29,124 nt of DNA, from the NCBI RefSeq assembly GCF_006345805.1, contig NW_021833168.1:1-29124 (forward strand). The letters are read 5' to 3'. The notes beneath the pieces were generated by a model that did not search any database, was not told the origin of the DNA, and saw nothing but the letters and a program-made list of their open reading frames with translations. This document shows positions 21,469 through 29,124 of the stretch, piece after piece (position 1 is the stretch's first letter; every line of letters starts with the position of its first letter). Position numbers and translations under genes: made by a program. The DNA comes from Octopus sinensis (Eukaryota).

Positions 21469-21779
21469 AATAATAGTAATAATAATGATGACGATATCAC
21501 CCTGTCAACTTAAATGTCTGTGTTGTATCACATGAAGATATTTCGCTGCTGCTCCTACTCTCCTCTCCAAGCTTTCAAATATACTGTAACATGTCTTATC
21601 TTTCACTTGTCTTACAAAGCTGGGTGTGTCTCGGCAAGTGATTGCAGCAAACATGGAAATTAAGTACGAAAGGCAATATAGGCGGCATCCCTATTTGAAC
21701 TCACTACGTGAAGAGATACCGCTAATTATTGCATCCGACGCGCTTACAGAAATAAAAATGATAAAATATTCATTTCAAA

Positions 21780-21950
21780 TTTTGGTACAAAGCCGATTAT
21801 TTAGGTGGTGGGTGGTGTGTGCTGGTTACAGGAAAAGTGAATTATATCGAACGCAGTACTCAACTGTTACTCATTTTTTCGATCGCGAAAGGATGAAAGA
21901 CAAAGTCGACCTCAGTGGAATTTGAACTCAGAACATAAAATCGGACAAAA
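21780..21950 (-). mobile_element. Major-family SINE (copy 7, head missing)
   Basis: cgaaaggatgaaagacaaagtcgacctcagtggaatttgaactcagaac. Confidence 0.85.
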
Positions 21951-22026
21951 AAATGATGAAATATTCTTTTCTACATTATGAACATTATTTACATTTGACG
22001 GATATTTGTCCTCATCTTATTTGTTG

Positions 22027-22072
22027 TTAACAACGTTTCTGCTGATATACCCTCAGGCCTTCATCAGGTGTC
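22027..22072 (-). ncRNA. Degenerate minimal hammerhead (left copy)
   Basis: gacac CTGATGA aggcctgagggtatatcagca GAAAC GTT gttaa. The core is intact, but stem II is partly broken and stem I has a 2 bp deletion. Confidence 0.6.
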
Positions 22073-22118
22073 TTAGGGAAATTTCGAACCAGGGTTCTCA
22101 TTCATAAGGTATTTTTCC

Positions 22119-22158
<40 letters not shown>

Positions 22159-22296
22159 TCACTGCTTCGAATCGAACGCGGAACCTTGAGGTTAGTAGCC
22201 CGAGATCTTAACTACTACGTCATACGCCCGTGGCGTAGTGGTTAAGAGCGTGGGCAACGAACCTCAAGATTCCGAGTTCGATTCCAAGCTGTGACA

Positions 22297-22346
<50 letters not shown>

Positions 22347-22406
22347 GATAATAACACCATCGAAAAATCCCTTAGGAATGAGAAAGCAGGTTTGAAATTT
22401 CCCCAA

Positions 22407-22452
22407 GACACTTGATGAAGGCTGGAGGGTATATCAGCCGAAACGTTGTGTT
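22407..22452 (+). ncRNA. Minimal hammerhead (right copy; stems intact, C3 changed to U)
   Basis: gacac TTGATGA a ggctg-gagggtatat-cagcc GAAA CGT T gtgtt. Stem I 5 bp, stem II 5 bp, loopless palindromic stem III ACGT, GUU site. Confidence 0.7.
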
Positions 22453-22560
22453 AACAATAAACAAGATGAGGACAAATATCCGTCAAATGTAAATAATGTA
22501 CATAATACCTCACCTTTTAAATATAGAACTGTATTCTTTTCTACTCTATGTTGAAGTCCC

Positions 22561-22746
22561 AGAATTTGGGGGTAGAGGGTCAGCCGATCAGATCGAACCA
22601 GTATGCAACTGGTACTTAATTTATCAACCCCGAAAGGATTAAAAGCAAAGTCGACCTCGGCGGAATTTGAACTCAGAACGTAAAGATTGACGAAATACTG
22701 CTAAGCATTTCGCTCGGCATACTAATGTTTCTGCCACCTCGCCACC
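22561..22746 (-). mobile_element. Major-family SINE (copy 8)
   Basis: gcaactggtacttaatttatcaaccccgaaaggattaaaagcaaagtcgacctcggcggaatttgaactcagaacg...ctgccacctcgccacc. Confidence 0.9.
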
Positions 22747-23035
22747 TTCAAATGATAAAATATTAAATAGAGAAATCTCAAAAGATTCAAGGAAATTAAA
22801 GAAAAAGTAAAAACAAAAGAAGCAAACCAAAAACACAAAGAAAATGATCGATAGAATTAAAGAAGGAAAATCTATAGACACCGAAATAATTTGACATCAT
22901 TAGTTATAAATATCGTATAATTTATACAATTATAAAGAACATCCTTTTTCTTGCCAAAACCCCAAATAACATTAGGGAATATGATGCTTTTGCGAAGCAT
23001 TATTTTCCCAAGAATATTGTACCATTTATTTTATA

Positions 23036-23297
23036 CAGAGTGTTCAAGAAGTCTTTCCACACTAAGTATTTTATGGGAAAATAAATTTTTATAAGATGGT
23101 AAAAGGCTACAAAAGAATATATTAGACTTTGCAAGACTTAAAAAATATTTTATAAGAGGTGATGAAAGTGTGGTCTTTCATTTTCAATACACAAGTTGAC
23201 TCTTCTACACATGTTTTGAAATACACCCTGGAGAGTCTGACTTTTGGAGAGTTAGGATGGAAAAAATCCACTGCGGTCAGACTTTTTGAACACCCTG
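23036..23297. mobile_element. Tc1/mariner-type MITE (262 bp)
   Basis: TIRs cagagtgttcaagaagtctt (23036-55) and the reverse complement of 23278-97 (cagggtgttcaaaaagtctg) match at 17/20. TA on both sides (23034-35, 23298-99). Confidence 0.85.
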
Positions 23298-23440
23298 TAT
23301 AATACATATATCCCTATATTTTGTGACTTATTTAGCATAATTATTACAATAATTAGTTTTACTTAATTGAGTTAACATATATGAAACAAATATATTTTTT
23401 ATATATTTTGTATTTTTAAAAATTATATTTGAGCATTATA

Positions 23441-23650
23441 GGCACAAACGTGGTTGAGTGGTAAGAAAATTTGTTTCCCAACCACAGGGTTCTGCGTTCA
23501 GTCCCACCTCCAGCAACTGTTTACTACTACAGCTTCTAGCGGACCAGAATTTTAGAGGATTTGGTAGACGGAAAATGAAAGAAGCACGTCGTATATGGCT
23601 GTGCGATAGGAAGCTTGTTTCCAAACCACACTGTTCCGGGTTCAGTCCTA
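23441..23650 (+). mobile_element. tRNA-derived SINE followed by a second tandem head
   Basis: tggttgagtggtaagaaaatttgtttcccaaccacagggttctgcgttcagtccc...ggatttggtagacggaaaatgaaagaagcacgtcgtata, then tggctgtgcgataggaagcttgtttccaaaccacactgttccgggttcagtcc. Confidence 0.75.
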
Positions 23651-24312
23651 TGGAAGGCTTCCACGAGATGGGAAATAATCTAGTTGAGCAATTCAATAAA
23701 GAGGGAAAAGAAGTTGCAACCTAGACAGAATTGGAAGTGCACTGTGACCAGTGGTATGTAACAGCATCTGACAGCCTGGACGATACTTTGATTCTGTGAT
23801 ATTTCGTATTTTAATTCACTTGGCATGTTTCAAAAGTGTGTTTTAAAAATATGAATTATGTAATGGACGTATACATGCGTGTACAGAAAACGAATTCATG
23901 TATGTACATATATGCATGTGTATAAATTTCATACTTTTAATATTTTTGCAACAATTTGTCTGTGTCTCGTACCCGTTGATATTTAAATAGCTTAAAAACT
24001 AGATGAAATAGCACGATCTTTAAGTTGTTGCCTTTTTTTTTTCGTTTGATACTTTATGCATAAATTTTAATTATTTTATCTTCGCTTTGATCGGTCTGCT
24101 ACTTAGAAAATAGACGTATGATAATAAATTCAGCCGTCTCATTTGCACTTCACTAGATTTTATTCTTCTGTTTTCTTTTTTAATGCATTTAATACAGCAT
24201 GTAATATCTTCAAAGTAAATTATCCTAGTTGCTATCGAAACAATTTAGCCATAGACTCTCTAGCATAATATTAAAGTTTCTTATTGATCAACTGTATGCT
24301 AATCATAATTAT

Positions 24313-24402
24313 GCGGCTGCTGCTGCTGCTGCTGCTGCTGCTACTACTACTACTACTACTACTACTACTATAATAATAATAATAATAATAAACAACAACA
24401 AC
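24313..24402. repeat. Compound microsatellite (GCT)n(ACT)n(AAT)n(AAC)n
   Basis: Directly visible; produces the poly-A/T/I/N ORFs. Confidence 0.95.
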
Positions 24403-24470
24403 CATCGAAATATATTTTTATATGCTGTATATCTCTTGATTGATACTTTTATATATACACACGAACACAC

Positions 24471-24507
<37 letters not shown>

Positions 24508-24529
24508 GTATATATATATATGTAAAATA

Positions 24530-24679
24530 CAAAAAAGGACAAGAACGCAAAACATCCGGACAGCTCGGTGATACAAAAAGGGACAACAAAACATCCATAT
24601 AGTCGATACAAAGAAAACAAAGTCATTCGAAGTTTTCTATCCTCAGTCAAACACCAGATTATCCTCGCAATTTCGGCTG

Positions 24680-24680
<1 letters not shown>
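24530..24680. repeat. Probable interspersed repeat fragment with an internal degenerate ~45 bp duplication
   Basis: caaaacatcc...gatacaaa occurs twice (~24548 and ~24587). The block lies between TA and ATT microsatellites. Confidence 0.45.
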
Positions 24681-24712
<32 letters not shown>

Positions 24713-24951
24713 TAGATACTTTTTTTATTAAAGCTGCAAAGCAAGCGTCTTCACAAACTGTTACCCAGAGTTTCACGTTACTGTTATCGAATAATTGTGA
24801 TCATACTCTTTGATCACTATTGTCCGACGAACAGAAACGTGAAACTCAATTTGTGAAGGTTGGTTTCTGTTTTAACAAAAAAAAAAAACATTCCTCTACC
24901 TTTAGTATTCGTTTTCTAATTTTACCACCTTGGTTTGCATTTATGCGTTTA

Positions 24952-24997
<46 letters not shown>

Positions 24998-25504
24998 GTG
25001 TGTGTGTGTGTGTGAATCTAGATACACAGTTAGATAGACGTCAATGTGTGTGTGTGTGTGTTTATTTGTATAATATGAGCCTCAGAGAAGAAATGGAATA
25101 TATTATTAGATTTCATTTCATATCGGTAACATCGGTATTTAAAGAAATTGCGTGATATGTCCCTATAAAGTACACTTGATAAGATGATACGTAAAACCAT
25201 ATAAATTTCAACATTGATAACGTAACGAAATTCCATTATTATATAGTTACAATAAAGCCTAATGATATCGGCCACATGTGTGCATTATGTGTTCGGCTGT
25301 ATTTCATATCATCGTCTTTAATAGAAAATATCATTTATTTTGTGAAGACATGATTTTGTTTTAGATTCTCAACAGTTTTCTTTCGATGTGCAATCGAACA
25401 ATTTAATTAAAAGTAAGATTCTTTAAAGGCACACTTACTCGTATACACACGCATAATATTAAGATGTTCTCAAGTATCATAATCAAATAAATAATAAATG
25501 CGTC

Positions 25505-25743
25505 CTTTTAAAGCCTAGCCAGGCTCATGGGCTCGGTTTCCCGCTTTCAGTGGCGTATGCGTTCCCCAGCTGGATGGGAGGCCAGTCTGTCGCAGCGTTA
25601 ATCATTTTTGTCAACTGCGTGGACTGGAGCGACGTGAAATGAAGTGTTTTGCTCAAGAACACAACGCGTCGCCAGGTCCAGGAATCGAAACCACAATCTT
25701 ACGATCATGGTGCTGACATCCTAACCACTGAGCCACGCGCCTC
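25505..25743 (-). mobile_element. tRNA-derived SINE
   Basis: Minus strand starts gaggcgcgtggctcagtggttagg (A box TGGCTCAGTGG), then gtggtttcgattcctgg (B-box-like), then gtgttcttgagcaaaacacttcatttcac. Confidence 0.85.
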
Positions 25744-26357
25744 GTCTCAAGTATCATGGAGAGGGCTAAAACACAAAAATGGACTCAATATAATTTCAGA
25801 AAATATTACTTAGGCCACGATGGAATGTCGTTTGATCAATATTCGTCTTAAGTATGACCTAAATAATATATCTTAAGAACGGGTTTAACAATATTTGCCT
25901 CTTCTTGTATACTCGTGAGGGCAATAACATTTTACCATCTTAATTCAATACTAATTTGACCTTACAATTAGTAATTAGATCTGCTGGTAAACATATCTAC
26001 TCCTTATTTTAGCCCCAAAACTGCTAAGTTTACGACTGTCGAACCTTCTCAAATTATCCTCTGCTCCCTATTCTAATCATTATGATGAAGCATTGAGAAT
26101 TATGTTTAAGTGTTACATTCTCCATCTTCATCTCCATAAAATCCTAGTCGATCAAATATGGATTGGTTAATATGCATGATTAAAAATAATGCAATTATGA
26201 AATATCGATATATCCGAAATGTACGTAAGCTGATTAGGAATGTATAATAATGTTTATATATTCAATAAAATGTTTATCTAATAAAGTATAATAATGTATT
26301 AAAATGTAGAATAGTATCTAATAATGTATAAAAATGTTTAATAATGTTTATCTCTCT

Positions 26358-26690
26358 ATCTCATGGACAGCGAAGCTCACCAATGGAGAAATTCTTAACC
26401 AGATCACGCCGAAACTGTCGCTAGATTCTAGGATCACCAAGCGTAGATTGGCATATTTTGGTCATATTATGCGGCGAAAATCCCTGGAGAATGACATCAT
26501 GCTCGGAATGGTCAGTGGCAAGAGAGGAAGAGGCCTACCAAGAACTCGCTCGCTTGACACCATGAAGGGTGGCAGGGGAATGGCCACAGCCAACCTGAAA
26601 GAAGCGACCCAGGACAGAACTGGACGGAGAACACTGATCCATCGAGTAACCGAGAATCGACTTCGACTGAACGGATACATAGATAGATCT
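26358..26690 (+). mobile_element. RTE-clade LINE 3' fragment (BovB-like ORF C-terminus)
   Basis: ISWTAKLTNGEILNQI...LAYFGHIMRRKSLENDIMLGMVSGKRGRGLPRTR...DRTGRRTLIHRVTENRLRLNG, followed by short (ATAG)-like tail repeats. Confidence 0.85.
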
Positions 26691-27559
26691 CTCTATCTAT
26701 CCATTACGTGCAGAAAGTTTAAACCCGTCTCTAACTTTGAAACCGTTGTCTTTTCTCGGTATTCATGGAAATAAATTCAACACCTCATGTGTTTTGTACT
26801 AAAGTAAATACTAGTATTGAAATAAAATATTCGACAGGACTTAATACATTCAGCAGTGTTACATCCGTTCAAATTCATATAATTCCTTTTAGATAAAAGC
26901 ATTAGATACATATGGCCTGCCATAAAAATTACGCGCAGAAAATTAGTGCAGAAAATTTACCTAAAAAGTGAAAGAAATTATGGTTATGAATAGCTACATT
27001 CTGCATCATTTAGTAGATCCGGGTAGATATATTAAAACGTGTCAGTAACGTCACGTGGTCGCACCATCTTGACTTACCTTTCACGGATCATTTAGAACAG
27101 CACAAGTAAACAAAGCTATCGTTTCTTAGCATGCTGGCATTATCAGTGCAAGCGATATACGTAATTACTCATCACAAATAACATCTTGCTGGTTGTCTGT
27201 TGAAATTTGGCACGATATATAAAACAGCATAAATCATCTTATATGTGTAAAGACAATTGCTCTTCCTACACGTAGTATTCTCTAATGACAAAGCAAAATC
27301 ATTGAAAGATTATGAACATCGGAGAAATAGAAGTTTGTCGATGTGTACTGTCCACACGCTCGAAGAATTAGACTGCAAATTCGTTTAAATTCGACGAGGA
27401 ATAAATGTTCTGATGTGACATAGCGAGGATGAAGGTGAACATGAATTGTCGAGTAAGAGTGCAAACCCTCCTTCAATCGTGTCTTATCGAATACCATGCC
27501 TCCCATTTTAATATACACTCACTCCAAAACACACACATGCATATACTATATATAGCATA

Positions 27560-27712
27560 TACACTATATATACATACATGCATGCATGCATACATACATA
27601 TATACATACATACAGACAGACATACGTTGATACATACATACATACATACATACAGACAGACAGACACGTTGATACATACATACATACATACATACATACA
27701 TACATACATACA
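27560..27712. repeat. Compound (TACA)n/(CAGA)n tetranucleotide repeat with an internal duplication
   Basis: Directly visible; the cagacagac..acgttgatacatac motif occurs twice. Confidence 0.9.
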
Positions 27713-28098
27713 ATCGAAGAGGGTAGGGATGAAAACATCCAATCTTTGACCGCCTACACTGTTAAACAGTCAATTTTGCAGAGAAATATTAACAGGTTAC
27801 ATGGGTATGCATTTAATTTATAAAACTAAATTGAAATGTAGATATATATAACAATGACCAATTCAAAAAATAAAATAAAAAAATTCATCAGCATAATACT
27901 ATATCATAATACCATATCATATTATGCTCTTATAATAGTATGATATAACATAATATATATTAAATATAAGTTATTTACAATGGTTTCGATTAATAACATA
28001 ATAAAATCATTAAAATCCATTGTATGTGGGCAAGAATATCCTTAGTGTAATTATATATATAATGATGATGATGATAACAACAACAACAATAATATAAT

Positions 28099-28130
<32 letters not shown>

Positions 28131-28410
28131 AAAATTGTAACAGCAAACGAATGAGACATCGATATTAGAGAAATAGAGGATTATTTATACAGGTTATCAT
28201 TTAGAATACAAAGTAAAAGTTGCGATACATTCTCCTCGGCTATTCATAGCAACAGACGCCATGAAAAAACGGTTAAATAAAAGGGATTTAACTAATAGGT
28301 GGAAAAGGTTCTCAACACACTCACACAAGTATGTATAGGTACATGTACATTCATACACACAAACATATATGTATGTTTGTAGTCATACATACACACGCAC
28401 ACATGTATAT

Positions 28411-28447
<37 letters not shown>

Positions 28448-28550
28448 TAGATATATACGTGTGGTGTGTACGTACACGACCTCATCTTCATATTACATAT
28501 AACTACTTGCATGCATACACGTAACATAATTCATATATATTTAGATATAC

Positions 28551-28584
<34 letters not shown>

Positions 28585-28611
28585 GTATATATATATAAGG
28601 CCCACGAAATT

Positions 28612-28947
28612 ACCCTTACAGAAGGTAATTTCAAGGCCAGGTTCAATAACCACACTTTGAGCTTTACGCACTGGAACAAAAGAAAAGCGACACAATTATC
28701 TAATCATATTTGGTCTTTAAGAGATAAAGGTGTCGATTATAACATACAATGGAAGATTTTGGCCAGATGTAAGCCCTATACCAACGGCAGTGGAAGGTGC
28801 GGTCTATGCGACATGGAGAGATGGCTTATCTGGAAAAGCAGCTTAGACCCTACTACATGTCTAAATACAGGGACAGAACTTTTCGGATCATGCCCACATG
28901 TGACTAAATTTCTGTTACGTTTTTGGTCCCCTAAAGAAAACAGATAG
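28612..28947 (+). pseudogene. Second PLE GIY-YIG endonuclease C-terminal fragment, 5'-truncated next to (TA)n
   Basis: In frame from 28615: LTEGNFKARFNNHTLSFTHWNKRKATQLSNHIWSLRDKGVDYNIQWKIL...RCGLCDMERWLI...CLNTGTELFGSCPH. It has the same R..H, LS..IW.L, WKIL, CxLCxxE, LN and CxH motifs as 13872-14291. Confidence 0.85.
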
Positions 28948-29124
28948 AACATGCTTTCTATGTTATGTCCCAAGAAGATATATATTTTTATATATTTTTT
29001 ATGTATTTTTATATAATTTTTATGACGAAAAATGCGAGCGATGTAATTTCCCTTTATATAACGGTATTTTTTCATAGCGTTTTCAAATAGCCAGATAACC
29101 GAAGAGATGGTGTTGTGGATTTCC

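Larger units (their letters stand above)
21975..22531. mobile_element. Fold-back dimer of a tRNA-headed, hammerhead-carrying SINE-like element with a 13 bp TSD
   Basis: Arms 21975-22219 (minus copy) and 22234-22506 (plus copy), 14 bp spacer, 25 bp tail (22507-22531) on the right only. Identical tattcttttctac at 21962-21974 and 22532-22544. A-box TGGCGTAGTGG at 22231-41 and B-box-like AGTTCGATTCC at 22275-85. Confidence 0.85.

Noticed and set aside
24590-24680. Minus-strand CTGAGGA-N11-GAAT and a nearby cagccGAAA
   Set aside because: GAAT replaces GAAA, stem II is at most 3 bp, and no stem I or III partner is visible. Worth rechecking only against a family consensus.
27040-27062. acgtcacgtg CRE/E-box-like motif
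   Set aside because: A single short motif with no promoter context.
27875-27895. Minus-strand CTGATGA
   Set aside because: Followed by a poly-T tract with no stems.

Overview
AT-rich, microsatellite-rich animal intergenic or intronic DNA with no recognisable host protein-coding gene. The SINE families and repeat style look like octopus (from recall, not a search). Almost everything identifiable is mobile DNA: many tRNA-headed SINEs, a rearranged mariner fragment, a Tc1/mariner-type MITE, a Helitron-like non-autonomous element, an R4/Dong-like LINE remnant, an RTE 3' fragment and two Penelope-like (PLE) GIY-YIG elements. The main signal is hammerhead ribozymes (HHRs). I can fold eight minimal type I HHR motifs from four unrelated repeat families, each with a self-complementary stem III. 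Three families occur as fold-back insertions of the same design: an inverted, 3'-trimmed copy joined to a main copy with a short extra tail, ribozymes facing outward. These are a 0.66 kb element (8078-8733), a 6.6 kb PLE with ~2.45 kb arms (11421-18054), and a 0.56 kb tRNA-SINE/HHR chimera with a perfect 13 bp TSD (21975-22531). The fourth family (3537-3739, 4056-4258) has a copy whose core reads GUGAACA, a compensatory G3-C8 swap of the conserved C3-G8 pair. All folds were done by eye; activity and novelty are untested.
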